Shown in pieces: positions 29,433 through 39,369 of a stretch of DNA of 64,000 nt. Where the stretch lies: NCBI GenBank assembly GCA_017608235.1, contig JAFCGI010000001.1, forward strand, positions 1,423-65,422, given 5' to 3'. This stretch comes from Candidatus Pacearchaeota archaeon. GTDB taxonomy: Archaea > Nanobdellota > Nanobdellia > UBA10117 > JAFCGI01. A model generated the notes under the pieces. The model worked only from the letters and a program-made list of their open reading frames with translations. It was not told where the DNA came from and searched no databases. Position 1 is the first letter of the stretch, and every line of letters starts with the position of its first letter. A program made the translations under genes and the position numbers.

Positions 29433-30226
29433 GTTCCTACTCCCATAAATTTTGTTATGGCTTTTTCCCAAATCAGGCGCATAATCATGTATAATGCTAC
29501 TATCCAAAATATTTGAATTGAGATTTGTGTTAGAGCTGAGATTAGATCATATCTTCCTAGGAAGATGCTTATTGGTATATACATAAGATATTGAAATGGA
29601 AGATAATTAAAAATAGTTTGTAGGCTTTCTGGAAAGAATACTAATGGAATACCTGCTCCAGAGAATAACCAAACAAATCCTTGTCTGAGAAATCTCATAC
29701 CATCATATCTTTTTAACCAGAATGCAGCTAATCCAAAAGTAAATACAAAAATAAATGAAAGTGTAGATGCTAGCATAGCTGATATTATAAATAAAATAAA
29801 GTTTATCTGAGTTGCATTAATATCTAACAAAATAATTGCTAGAATTATAATTGGCGATATTTGTACTAGCAAGCTAAATAGTTTAGCTGCAATATGCCTT
29901 ATAAATGTAAATTTAAAATAAGAAATTGGTTTTGTTATATACCTTATAAAATTACCATATCTTATTCTATCTGCAGTAAATTTATCTATAAAAGTAAATA
30001 TTAGTGTTGAAATTATCATAGTAAGTAAATAATAAATTACCATATCATTAAATGTGAATCCTCTAATTACTTCTGTAGTGCTATTTGAGAATATAGATTT
30101 CCAGAGAAAATACTGTATTGCAAAATGCATAGGCATTAATAACATCCATGTTAGAAAATCTATTTTATAGGCTATAATTTCCTTTATCTTCATCTTAAGT
30201 ATACCTAAGAATTTACTTAGTTTCAT
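29429..30226 (-). CDS. ABC-2 type transporter permease
   Basis: It is a multi-TM protein sitting between the ABC ATPase and the second permease. This three-gene ATPase-permease-permease arrangement is typical of the COG4586/COG4587/COG3694 group. Confidence 0.6.
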   Translation of the reverse strand: MKLSKFLGILKMKIKEIIAYKIDFLTWMLLMPMHFAIQYFLWKSIFSNSTTEVIRGFTFNDMVIYYLLTMIISTLIFTFIDKFTADRIRYGNFIRYITKPISYFKFTFIRHIAAKLFSLLVQISPIIILAIILLDINATQINFILFIISAMLASTLSFIFVFTFGLAAFWLKRYDGMRFLRQGFVWLFSGAGIPLVFFPESLQTIFNYLPFQYLMYIPISIFLGRYDLISALTQISIQIFWIVALYMIMRLIWEKAITKFMGVGT

Positions 30227-31203
30227 TGCTCGTATATTTGCTTAATAATTTCATCTATTTCTGGATCTGCAATTAAAATATCTGCTACTTTGTAATTTTT
30301 AAGAAAGTATTCTACAATATCTTCAACATGCCTTTTCTTTAGTAAGACAATTATTTTGATATCATATGGTGATTCCCTTAGAATTTTGCATCCTGGTAAT
30401 TTAATTGGCCCTGTTTTTTCCAAGAATTTAATAGATATTGTTTTTTCTTTTATGTATTTCTTTTTGATGTTTTCTAGAAGACCATCATATATTATTTTTC
30501 CTTTATTTATTATAATTATTCTATCACATAATTTTTCAATGTCTCCCATGTCATGAGTTGTTACTATGAATGTGGTTTTGTGTTTTTTATTTATTTCTAA
30601 TATAAATTTTCTTAAAGTATCTTTTGCTATTACATCCATACCTATTGTTGGCTCATCTAAGAATACAATTTTTGGATTGTGTAGTAGTGCTGCTATTACT
30701 TCACACTTCATTCTTTCTCCAAGAGAGAGATTTCTAACTGGAGTCTTATAGATATCAGATACATTTAGCAATTTAGTCATATAATTTAGTCTTCTTTTGA
30801 AGAGTTTCTCAGGAACTTCATAAATTTCTTTTAATAAGTAAAATGCATCTACTGGGGGCAAATCCCACCATAATTGGGATTTTTGTCCAAATATCACTCC
30901 AATATGTTTGACATATTCTTCTCTATTTTGCCAAGGTATAAATCCTAAAATATTTATAGATCCAGAATCTGGATAGAGCACGCCAGTCATTGCTTTAATT
31001 GCTGTGCTTTTTCCTGCACCATTAGGGCCAATAAATCCAAGAATTTCTCCTTTTTCTACATCAAATGAAATTCCTTTTAGAGCTTCTTTGATTATATGCT
31101 TTCTTTTGACAATTGATTTAAAGGCTGCTAGTAAGCCTTCTTCTCTTTCAAAAGTTTTGAAAGTTTTCTTTACATCTTTAATAGAAATTATGTTTGCGGC
31201 CAT
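30223..31203 (-). CDS. ABC transporter ATP-binding protein
   Basis: Walker A is GPNGAGKST, the signature is LSLGERMK, and Walker B is VFLDEPT. Confidence 0.85.
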   Translation of the reverse strand: MAANIISIKDVKKTFKTFEREEGLLAAFKSIVKRKHIIKEALKGISFDVEKGEILGFIGPNGAGKSTAIKAMTGVLYPDSGSINILGFIPWQNREEYVKHIGVIFGQKSQLWWDLPPVDAFYLLKEIYEVPEKLFKRRLNYMTKLLNVSDIYKTPVRNLSLGERMKCEVIAALLHNPKIVFLDEPTIGMDVIAKDTLRKFILEINKKHKTTFIVTTHDMGDIEKLCDRIIIINKGKIIYDGLLENIKKKYIKEKTISIKFLEKTGPIKLPGCKILRESPYDIKIIVLLKKRHVEDIVEYFLKNYKVADILIADPEIDEIIKQIYEQ

Positions 31204-31427
31204 GTATTTTACCTAATTTATGGGTTTAAAAACTTATTGACTAAAATTATTTTGTAATTTTTATAAAAATATTTAAATATTTTAAATACTTTGTTTTTAT
31301 TAGTAAATGCAATGTATTTTTTGTAATTCGTCAAACGTTGTTTTTTTAGAATCTAAGATAAATAGCAGTTTAATTGGAAAGGAAAAAATAGAAACTGAAT
31401 TCAAATGTAATAAATGTGAGAAAATAT

Positions 31428-33287
31428 TTAGTGTGAATTATTAATTTTGAATTTCTCAAATATTAATTGTTTTTTATTTCCTATAAATGCATGTTCTATA
31501 ACATCTTTTATATTCTTGACTGGAATTATTTTGATTTTTGATTCTGCTTCTTTTGATAGTACAATATCTTTCTCATTAGAATATGGAATAATTATTTCTT
31601 CTATTCCTGCTTCTATTGCTGCTTCTATTTTAGGAGTAACTCCACCAACAGGCAAGACTTCTCCTCTTACAGATAAGGAGCCTGTCATTGCTAGATTCTG
31701 TTTTATTTCTATATCTTTTAATGCTGAAAGGATTGCTACTGCAACTGCTATAGATGCTGAGTCTCCTTCTACTCCTTCCCCAACTGTTTGTAAAAATTGT
31801 ACATAAAGATCACGGGTTTCTTTTATGTCTTCGCCAAAATATTTCATGATTATTGCTGAAACATTTTCTACTGCTTCTTTTGCTATTTCTCCTAACTTGC
31901 CTGTTGCAACTATTTCTGTTTTCTTACCTCCAGTTGTTACTTCTGCTTCTATAGGCAAGACAATTCCAGAATAAGCTCCTTGTCCTCCAATAACTGCTAA
32001 ACCATTAACCCTACCAACTTCAAATCCTTTTGTTCTAATTACTTCATATTCTTTTTTCTTTTCAATGTATTTATCTGCTATTTGTTGCTCTAATGGACGT
32101 GCTATTTTTTTTGCTCTGAGAATATGATCTGCTTCTACAAATTTAGCTTTTTCTTCTAAAGCTAGATCTCCTGCAGCTCTTACTAATCCTCCAAGATCCC
32201 TTAATACTAGAGTTAAGTGTCCTTTTCTGTTGCTACGTCTTCTTGCTTCTTTGATTATTTCTAAAACTGCTTCCCTTGTAAAGTGAGGTATTTTTTCATC
32301 TTTAGTTACTTCTTGTGCAATAAATCTTGCTATTCTTTCTTGATTTTCTGGAGTATCTGGGATTGTATCATTCATGAATATTTCATATCCATATCCCCTA
32401 ATTCTAGATCTTAGTGCAGGGTGCATTCTTTCTACGGTTTCAAGATTTCCTGCTGCAATTAATACAAATTTACATGGGACTGGTTCTGTTCTAACCATTG
32501 CTCCTGCAGATTTTTCTGATTGTCCTGTTATTGGATATTTTCCTTCTTGTAATGCTGTAAGAAGATCTTGCTGAGTTTTTGGATCTAAAGTTGCTACTTC
32601 ATCAATAAATAGGACTCCACCATTTGCTTTATGAATCATACCAGCTTCCACTCTTAGATGTGCTGGAGTTCCTAGTCCTCCAGATTGGAATGGATCATGT
32701 AATACATCTCCTAATAATGCACCAGCATGAGATCCAGTAGCATCAATAAAAGGACTTTTTTCTAGTCTTGAAGTATCTACAATAAGTTTCGGTTCTAGTA
32801 TTTTTGATTTTCTTCCAACAACATTAAAAGATAGTGCCATTGCTGCAAGAAATAACATTCCAGAAATTAGTGAGGCTGCAGCCATAATATCTCCATATGA
32901 TTTTCTTATCCACCATGGAAGTATTAAGGCTATTACTGCTAATATGAAAAAGAATATTTGTTGATTTTTTAGACTTGTTGCTGCTTTTAACTTTGCTTGC
33001 TGGACTAGACTTGTACCTTTACCTGTAGAAAATACTTTAATTCTTGGATGATTTTCATCCTTAAGATTTGGTATTGATAGTATATCTACTAGTTTGCTTT
33101 TAGGAAGTAATTCTGCTAGTGCTTGTCCAAGCATAGACTTTCCAGTTCCTGGATCTCCAATTAATAATATGTGTCTTTTTTGTGCTGCAGCTTTTTTTAT
33201 GATCTTAGCTGCTTCGTCCTGTCCAATTACTTGATTTATTATTTTTTCAGGAACTTTTATTTCTTTTGTAGTTTTAAAATCTAGCAT
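31428..33287 (-). CDS. lonB: Archaeal membrane-bound Lon protease (LonB)
   Basis: It has an AAA+ Walker A (GDPGTGKS), inserted TM helices, and a C-terminal Lon protease domain with the catalytic Ser in [15 protein letters not shown]. Confidence 0.9.
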   Translation of the reverse strand: MLDFKTTKEIKVPEKIINQVIGQDEAAKIIKKAAAQKRHILLIGDPGTGKSMLGQALAELLPKSKLVDILSIPNLKDENHPRIKVFSTGKGTSLVQQAKLKAATSLKNQQIFFFILAVIALILPWWIRKSYGDIMAAASLISGMLFLAAMALSFNVVGRKSKILEPKLIVDTSRLEKSPFIDATGSHAGALLGDVLHDPFQSGGLGTPAHLRVEAGMIHKANGGVLFIDEVATLDPKTQQDLLTALQEGKYPITGQSEKSAGAMVRTEPVPCKFVLIAAGNLETVERMHPALRSRIRGYGYEIFMNDTIPDTPENQERIARFIAQEVTKDEKIPHFTREAVLEIIKEARRRSNRKGHLTLVLRDLGGLVRAAGDLALEEKAKFVEADHILRAKKIARPLEQQIADKYIEKKKEYEVIRTKGFEVGRVNGLAVIGGQGAYSGIVLPIEAEVTTGGKKTEIVATGKLGEIAKEAVENVSAIIMKYFGEDIKETRDLYVQFLQTVGEGVEGDSASIAVAVAILSALKDIEIKQNLAMTGSLSVRGEVLPVGGVTPKIEAAIEAGIEEIIIPYSNEKDIVLSKEAESKIKIIPVKNIKDVIEHAFIGNKKQLIFEKFKINNSH

Positions 33288-33340
33288 AGGATGATCTAGA
33301 AATCAATAAGTCTTAAAAAGATTATGAAAATAAAAAAAAA

Positions 33341-33610
33341 TTATTCTTCAACTTCTTCTTCAAAGCTTGGTGCTGCAGCTTTAGAAACAATCATTATTGT
33401 TCCTATTGCTTTTACTAGTTGGTGTGGGATTATTACTCCTTTAGCACCAGATAATGTTTTATTTAAGAAAGAGTCTCTGGTTACCTTTACTCTCCAACTA
33501 TCTATTTTATTTTTTGTAATAATAGCATCTTCTACAACGCCAAATAAATCTCCAGTGTCTGTATAAACATTGAGGTTTGTTGTTTCTCCAATTTCTTTCA
33601 TTCTTAGCAT
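33341..33610 (-). CDS. PRC-barrel domain protein
   Basis: At about 89 aa it has a G-D-x-x-G-x-V beta-barrel signature (TGDLFGVVEDAII). Confidence 0.45.
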   Translation of the reverse strand: MLRMKEIGETTNLNVYTDTGDLFGVVEDAIITKNKIDSWRVKVTRDSFLNKTLSGAKGVIIPHQLVKAIGTIMIVSKAAAPSFEEEVEE

Positions 33611-33677
33611 AATATCACCCTTTGTTTCTTATTGTTTTATAACAACTATTAAAAATATAAAGTTTTTCTTTCCAGAC

Positions 33678-34361
33678 ATGACTTATATAAAGATAATAGG
33701 TACATCACATATATCTAGAGATAGTGTTAAAGAAATACTTCTTTTTATAAAAAACCAGCAACCAGATATTATTGCTGTTGAATTAGATGCAAAAAGATTA
33801 GTTGCTTTGTTTTCTGAACAAAGAAAACTTAGTTTTAGAGATATTGCTAAAATAGGTTTATTTGGATTTATTTTCAGAAGTCTAGGATCTTATGTACAAA
33901 AGAAGCTTGGAGAGAAGTTTGGTTTGGCTCCTGGATCTGATATTAAGAGTGCGATTCTTGCTGCCAAAAAAGTTAATTCTAAAATTTACTTGATAGACCA
34001 AGATATAGAACTTACCTTACAAAACTTATCTAATAAAATGGGTGCTTGGGAGAGAATAAAATTTGTATTTTATTTGTTTGGTGGTTTTGCATTTAGTGGC
34101 ATGAGTAAGAAGTTAAAAAATATTGATTTACGTAAAGTTCCTCCTGAAAATATTATTGAGGAGTTAACTATGGAAATTAAAGATAAGTTTCCAGGAATAT
34201 ATGAGGCATTGATTAGTGATAGAGATAGATATATGTCTAATAGTATATTAAAAATAGCTAAAAATCATCCTGAAAGTAAGATTTTAGTGGTAGTTGGTGC
34301 AGGTCATAAAAAAGGTATTTTAAAAATTTTAAAAAAGCATATTAGAAAAACTAAAAACTAA
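33678..34361 (+). CDS. TraB/PrgY family protein
   Basis: It has IIGTSHIS, PDIIAVELD, and GAGH. I set the start at the ATG at 33678 to avoid overlapping the upstream gene. Confidence 0.55.
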   Translation: MTYIKIIGTSHISRDSVKEILLFIKNQQPDIIAVELDAKRLVALFSEQRKLSFRDIAKIGLFGFIFRSLGSYVQKKLGEKFGLAPGSDIKSAILAAKKVNSKIYLIDQDIELTLQNLSNKMGAWERIKFVFYLFGGFAFSGMSKKLKNIDLRKVPPENIIEELTMEIKDKFPGIYEALISDRDRYMSNSILKIAKNHPESKILVVVGAGHKKGILKILKKHIRKTKN

Positions 34362-34397
34362 CAATAGATTTTTATTATAAGATTTCCTAAAAATAGC

Positions 34398-35252
34398 ATG
34401 AAGAAACTAAAGAAACCTAAAATTGAGTATAAATTTGGAAATGAATTATTTGAAATTATTTTAGCAGTACTTGTATTAGGTTTTTGCTTTAGTTTTAGAG
34501 ATTGGGGTTATGAGTTGTTTGATATTGGAATTGGGTTGTATAATTTATTTAAAAGCATAATTATTGTAGGGTTTTCTGTTGGTGTTCATGAAGTTGCGCA
34601 TAGATGGTTAGCTAAAAAATATTTTGCAAAAGTTAGATACAAGTTATGGAAAACAGGGATATTTGCTGCATTAATTCTTGTTTTTTTAACTAATGGTTAT
34701 ATAGTGTTTGCAGCTCCTGGTGTAGTAGCTATTAGTACAATATATTTATTTAGGCCTGGTGCTGCACTTCCAGGAGGATATCCTAAACATTTGGGTCCTT
34801 TTGATAGAGCAAAAATTGCTTTAATAGGTCCTATGAGTAACTTGGCATTAGCTTTTTTTGCTAAAGGTTTTTTTGAATTTTCTCCTTGGTTAATGAACAA
34901 GTTATTATTTGTAAACCTTTCTTTAGCATTTTTTAATATGTTTCCTTTCTTTATATTATTTCCTGTGCTATTTAGCAAAATATTTCCTCATAAAATTAGA
35001 AGATTTACATATAAGCATGATATTCCTTATTTAGAAGGCGAGCATATTTTATTTGGTTCATTAATAATGTGGGGATTTTCATTTATATTTTTGTGCTTTT
35101 CTATAGGATTTTTAATGTTTTTAAATGTAGGATTAGCACTTATACTTTCGATTATTAGCGCAAGTATTTTATTCTTATTTTATTGGTATTATATTCAAAT
35201 AGGTGGACCTAAAGGATTTAAGCCAAGTCCAGATTCTATTTGGTGGAAATAA
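34398..35252 (+). CDS. Membrane zinc metalloprotease of the site-2-protease (M50) family
   Basis: It has HEVAHRW within a TM helix and is multi-TM. Confidence 0.55.
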   Translation: MKKLKKPKIEYKFGNELFEIILAVLVLGFCFSFRDWGYELFDIGIGLYNLFKSIIIVGFSVGVHEVAHRWLAKKYFAKVRYKLWKTGIFAALILVFLTNGYIVFAAPGVVAISTIYLFRPGAALPGGYPKHLGPFDRAKIALIGPMSNLALAFFAKGFFEFSPWLMNKLLFVNLSLAFFNMFPFFILFPVLFSKIFPHKIRRFTYKHDIPYLEGEHILFGSLIMWGFSFIFLCFSIGFLMFLNVGLALILSIISASILFLFYWYYIQIGGPKGFKPSPDSIWWK

Positions 35253-36754
35253 ATAAAATGAAATTTCTAAAAGATAAACTAAATTTAAGACTATATCAAG
35301 AAACAATTTTTTCTTCTGCATCAAAAAAAAACTGTTTAGTTGTGTTACCTACAGGACTTGGCAAGACTATGATTGCTATTGCTTTAGCAGCATTAAGAGA
35401 AAATAAAGGAAAGATTTTAATGATGGCACCTACTAAGCCGCTGATAAATCAACATAGAAAAACTTTTTCTGAATATTTTACAAACATAGAAAAAATTAAT
35501 GTTATTTCTGGAGAGATTGCTCCAAAATTAAGAAAAGATATATGGAACAAATCTAAAATTGTGTTTGCCACACCCCAAACAATTAAAAAAGACTTAATTT
35601 ATAGTAGAATTTCTTTAGATGATGTTTCTTTAGTGGTATTTGATGAAGCTCATAGAGCTGTTGGAGATTATGCATATGTTTATATTGCTAGAAAATACAT
35701 AAATTCTGGAAAAAAACCTAGAATTTTAGGATTAACTGCTTCTCCAGGATCTGATAGACTTAAAATTAAAGAAGTTTGTTCAAATTTATTTATTGATATT
35801 ATAGAATCTAGAGATAGAGATCATAAAGAAGTTAGAGATTTTGTTAAAGCTGTAAAAATTAGTTATGAATTTATAGAATTGCCTAATGATATAAGAAATA
35901 TTTCTAAATTTTTAAATACTGCTGCATCTGGAAGAATTAATATTTTATATGATATGGGATTTATTAAAACAAAAAATATTTCTAAAAAATATTTATTAAG
36001 TTTTCAAAAATATTTGCTTAGCAAGTCTAAAAATTATTATAATTTTAGAGCTTTGTCCTTAATCTCTCAAATAATAAAAATAAAACATGCAATAGAGTTA
36101 TTAGAAGCAGAAAGCATTGAATCTTTTATTAAATACTTAAATAAAGTAGAATCACAAAAGAATAAAGCAGCAAACAGTGTTTGTTCTGATTTTGAAGTTA
36201 AAAGAGCTAAATTGCTTGGTTTAAAGTTTTTAGATAATAATATAGAACATCCAAAATTAGATAGCTTGTTGAAAGTTATTAAAAAACAAATCTCCAAGAA
36301 AAAAGATTCTAAGATTTTAGTGTTTACTGAATATAGAACAAATATTAATCCAATTATAAATAAATTATATGAGTCAAAAATATCTTGTAATAAATTTATT
36401 GGGCAATCTTCTAAGTTAGAAAAAGGAATGTCTCAGGATGATCAGATTAAAACTCTTAATAAATTTAAGAGAAATGAGTTTAATGTGTTGGTTGCTACTT
36501 CTGTTGCTGAGGAAGGCTTAGATATTCCTTCTGTAGATATGGTTATATTTTATTCTGTAGTACCTTCAGCTATAAGATCTATACAACGAAAAGGAAGAAC
36601 TGGACGGCATAATTATGGAAAAATAAGTATACTATTAACTAAAAATACAAAAGATGAGGCTTATTACTGGATAGCTCATAAAAAAGAAAAAAAAATGAAA
36701 TATATAATAGATAGTATTAGTTCAAACGAAGATCTTACAAAATTTATAAAATGA
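35240..36754 (+). CDS. hef: Hef-type SF2 helicase (the helicase portion of Hef/FANCM), a stand-alone gene
   Basis: It has the Q-motif LRLYQ, Walker A (PTGLGKT), the DEAH box (VFDEAHRAVGDYAY), and a helicase C-domain (QRKGRTGR). Confidence 0.8.
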   Translation: MVEINKMKFLKDKLNLRLYQETIFSSASKKNCLVVLPTGLGKTMIAIALAALRENKGKILMMAPTKPLINQHRKTFSEYFTNIEKINVISGEIAPKLRKDIWNKSKIVFATPQTIKKDLIYSRISLDDVSLVVFDEAHRAVGDYAYVYIARKYINSGKKPRILGLTASPGSDRLKIKEVCSNLFIDIIESRDRDHKEVRDFVKAVKISYEFIELPNDIRNISKFLNTAASGRINILYDMGFIKTKNISKKYLLSFQKYLLSKSKNYYNFRALSLISQIIKIKHAIELLEAESIESFIKYLNKVESQKNKAANSVCSDFEVKRAKLLGLKFLDNNIEHPKLDSLLKVIKKQISKKKDSKILVFTEYRTNINPIINKLYESKISCNKFIGQSSKLEKGMSQDDQIKTLNKFKRNEFNVLVATSVAEEGLDIPSVDMVIFYSVVPSAIRSIQRKGRTGRHNYGKISILLTKNTKDEAYYWIAHKKEKKMKYIIDSISSNEDLTKFIK

Positions 36755-37407
36755 TAAAAATAATTATTGATCATAGAGAAAAAAATGAAATTATTAATAT
36801 TTTAAAAAATTTAGAAAAGGGAGCTGAAATTGAAGTTAAAAATTTAAGTGTAGGAGATTTTATTTTAAGCAAGGATGTGGTTATTGAAAGGAAAACAATT
36901 AATGATTTTTTAAGTTCTTTAATAGATAAAAGATTATTTGAGCAAGCAAGGGAGCTAAAGCATAATTTTAAGAAACCATTATTTTTAATTGAGGGTAATT
37001 TAGAAGAAATTTATAATATTAGAGATATAAATGAAAATGCTATTAGAGCTGCAATGCTTTCTTTGATTTTAGATTTTGAAATTCCTTTTTTATTTTCAAC
37101 TAATATCTTGGATAGTGCTAAAATTTTGATAACTATTGCTAGAAGGGAGCAGATTCAAAAAAATAAAGAAATTAGTTTAAGAGGAAGTAAAATTGCATAT
37201 ACTATGCCTCAAATGCAGCAATATTTTGTTGAAGGGTTGCCTTTAGTAGGTCCTAATTTAGCTAAATTGCTTTTAAAAAAGTTTAAAACCCCTAAAAAAA
37301 TAGTAAATGCTAAACTTGAAAAGTTGAAAAAAGTTGAAAAAATTGGAGATAAAAAAGCAAAATTAATTAGAGATATATTAGATTTAGAATATAATGAAAA
37401 TAACTAA
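36751..37407 (+). CDS. ERCC4/XPF-type nuclease with a C-terminal HhH2 (the nuclease portion of Hef), a separate ORF
   Basis: The ERCC4 motif appears as VGDFIL...ERKTINDF. The C-terminal HhH reads VEGLPLVGPNLAKLLL. Its ATGA overlaps the helicase ORF stop. Confidence 0.8.
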   Translation: MIKIIIDHREKNEIINILKNLEKGAEIEVKNLSVGDFILSKDVVIERKTINDFLSSLIDKRLFEQARELKHNFKKPLFLIEGNLEEIYNIRDINENAIRAAMLSLILDFEIPFLFSTNILDSAKILITIARREQIQKNKEISLRGSKIAYTMPQMQQYFVEGLPLVGPNLAKLLLKKFKTPKKIVNAKLEKLKKVEKIGDKKAKLIRDILDLEYNENN

Positions 37408-37726
37408 AACAATTAAAAGGGGGCGTAAAACTGGAAGTAAAATAAGAAGCAATTTAATAGAACTTCTTTATATTTTTGGTGAGGGTTATGGTTTTGATTT
37501 GTATAAAAAATATATTAAAGTTTATGGAAATGTTAACATAAGATCTATTTATTATAATCTAAATAAAGGAGTAGATTTGGGTATTTTTAAGGTAAAAGAG
37601 ATTAAAGAAGAGCTTGGAGATTATAGTTGGGGTAGATTTAGTGAGAAAAAAATTTATTCTTTAAGTAAAAATTCTGATATTAATATTAAATTAGATGAAA
37701 ATATTAAAAAAATTTTAAATTTATAA
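37394..37726 (+). CDS. Small winged-helix (PadR-like) putative transcriptional regulator
   Basis: The pattern LIELLYIFGEGYGFDLYK ... IYYNLNKGVDLGIFK resembles a PadR wHTH. Confidence 0.35.
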   Translation: MKITKTIKRGRKTGSKIRSNLIELLYIFGEGYGFDLYKKYIKVYGNVNIRSIYYNLNKGVDLGIFKVKEIKEELGDYSWGRFSEKKIYSLSKNSDINIKLDENIKKILNL

Positions 37727-38104
37727 CTCTCACACCTTTATTTCTTATGGAGTTAATTTATTATTAATTTTAGTTTTATTTAACACACCTTTATTTCTTA
37801 TGGAAATATATAATTTATATTATAATATCATTTTTTGAAGTTTCCATAGGAAATTTATTTTTATTAATTTTAATTATATTTTAATTATATTATATAATAT
37901 ATATTATTATTTGCAATATAGTAAATAATTATTTTATTATTTAAAAATATTTAATTATATTTTGAATATTCTATTATTTTTTGAAAGAGTTTTTTCCAAT
38001 GGAAATGTAGGTCAGAGGGTCTTTTTAAATAATTATTTTAATTTTTTAGTAATTATATTCTAGAGTATATAAATTATTAATAAACCTTTGTTTCTTATGC
38101 ACTT
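37727..38104. promoter_or_regulatory. Probable chromosomal replication origin (oriC): an AT-rich unwinding region flanked by ORB-like and repeated elements, immediately upstream of orc1/cdc6
   Basis: It is a 378-bp non-coding stretch. The 37860..37990 portion is >90% A+T. It carries an ORB-like element at 37994..38021 and a dyad TTTCCATAGGAAA at 37841..37853. Three copies of ACCTTT(A/G)TTTCTTATG lie at 37731, 37784, and 38083. The adjacent orc1-dp1-dp2 arrangement matches the arrangement known from Pyrococcus. Confidence 0.65.
37994..38021 (+). promoter_or_regulatory. Origin recognition box (ORB)-like element
   Basis: TTCCAATGGAAATGTAGGTCAGAGGGTC matches the ORB consensus TTCCAnTGGAAA followed by a G-string. 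This is the established Orc1 binding site. Confidence 0.6.
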
Positions 38105-38110
38105 TTGGAT

Positions 38111-39316
38111 ATGAGACAGAGAGCATTAAATGATTATTTTGAGAGTTTCTTAGAAAAGGAAACTATATTTGAAGATAAGAAAGTTCTACAACAAAAATAT
38201 ATACCTAATTTAATATTACATAGGGAACAACAAGTTGATATTTTGGCACATATTTTGGCACCAGTTTTAAGAAAAGACAAACCATCTAATGTGTTTTTGT
38301 ATGGTAAAACCGGAACTGGAAAAACATTATGTAGTAATTATATATGTGATAAATTAAAAGAAGTAGCAGATAAGAAAAATATTCCTTTAAAAATTATATA
38401 TGTTAATTGCAAATTGAAAAAAGTTTGTGATACAGAATATAGAGTTGTTTCTTATCTTGCTAGAAGTATGGGTGTTAATGTACCTAGCACTGGTTTGCCA
38501 ACAGATGAAATATATAATTTGTTTTTGAGGGAAGTTGAGAAAGAAGAAAGTATAATTTTATTAATTTTAGATGAAATTGATCATTTAGTTAATAAAGCTG
38601 GTGATGAAATTTTATATAATCTTACAAGAATTAATTCAGAATTATCAAAATCTGAGTTATCAGTTATTGGAATTTCAAATGATGTTAGATTTATAGAAAA
38701 TATAGATCCAAGAGTTAAAAGTTCTTTAAATGAGGAAGAAGTTATTTTTCCACCATATAATGCAATTGAATTAAAAGATATTTTAAGAAAAAGAGCAGAA
38801 TTTGCTTTTAAGAAGGGAAGTATAAAAGATGGTGTTCTAGAAAAATGTGCTGCTTATGCAGCAAGGGAACATGGTGATGCTAGAAGGGCTTTGGATTTAT
38901 TAAGGGTTGCTGGTGAGATTTCAGAAAGATTAGGAGCTAGTTTTGTAGATGCAACACATATTGACTTAGCAGAAGAAAAAATAGAAAAAAATAGAATTTT
39001 AGAGATTGTTAGAACGCAACCAAGACAATCTCAGGCAGTATTATATTCTATTTTGTTATTATTAAAAAATAAAAGTGAAAGTGTTGAGACTGGTGAAATA
39101 TTTGAAAGATATAAAGAGGTTTGCATACAAGCAGGTCAAAATATATTAACACAAAGAAGGATTTCTGATTTAATCTCAGAGTTAGATATGCTTGGATTGA
39201 TAAATGCTAAAGTTATTAGCAAAGGAAGATATGGTAGGACAAGAGATATTTATGTGGCAATACCAGATTCTATAATTGATAAAGTTAGAGATAGTTTGAT
39301 AAGTGATCTAACTTAA
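38111..39316 (+). CDS. orc1: Orc1/Cdc6 replication initiator
   Basis: It has the AAA+ Walker A (LYGKTGTGKT), Walker B (ILDEIDHL), and a C-terminal winged helix. I set the start at the ATG at 38111, because the ORF-track start is a TTG. A TATA-like sequence TATATAAAT sits about 40 nt upstream. Confidence 0.95.
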   Translation: MRQRALNDYFESFLEKETIFEDKKVLQQKYIPNLILHREQQVDILAHILAPVLRKDKPSNVFLYGKTGTGKTLCSNYICDKLKEVADKKNIPLKIIYVNCKLKKVCDTEYRVVSYLARSMGVNVPSTGLPTDEIYNLFLREVEKEESIILLILDEIDHLVNKAGDEILYNLTRINSELSKSELSVIGISNDVRFIENIDPRVKSSLNEEEVIFPPYNAIELKDILRKRAEFAFKKGSIKDGVLEKCAAYAAREHGDARRALDLLRVAGEISERLGASFVDATHIDLAEEKIEKNRILEIVRTQPRQSQAVLYSILLLLKNKSESVETGEIFERYKEVCIQAGQNILTQRRISDLISELDMLGLINAKVISKGRYGRTRDIYVAIPDSIIDKVRDSLISDLT

Positions 39317-39369
39317 TTGTTTTTTGTATTATAGTAGTGTTTATAACTATTTTTTTATTCTAATTTGAA

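Noticed and set aside
28647-29507. A 79-nt overlap between the two ABC-2 permease ORFs
   Set aside because: The overlap disappears if the downstream permease starts at the internal ATG at 29432, which forms an ATGA stop/start overlap. That is the more plausible gene model.
31380-31440. A zinc-finger-like peptide fragment ([17 protein letters not shown]) in the intergenic region upstream of the ABC ATPase gene
   Set aside because: The frame has no start codon. It opens only 26 codons upstream at a TAG, so it is not a credible gene.
38105-38110. ORF-track starts using TTG or GTG for orc1 (38105), DP2 (40880), the Cas4-like gene (44455) and the histone gene (13285)
   Set aside because: In-frame ATG codons lie 3 to 21 nt downstream, with better spacing to upstream A/G-rich or TATA elements. 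I used the ATG starts instead. For polB (13743) no nearby ATG exists, so I kept the GTG.
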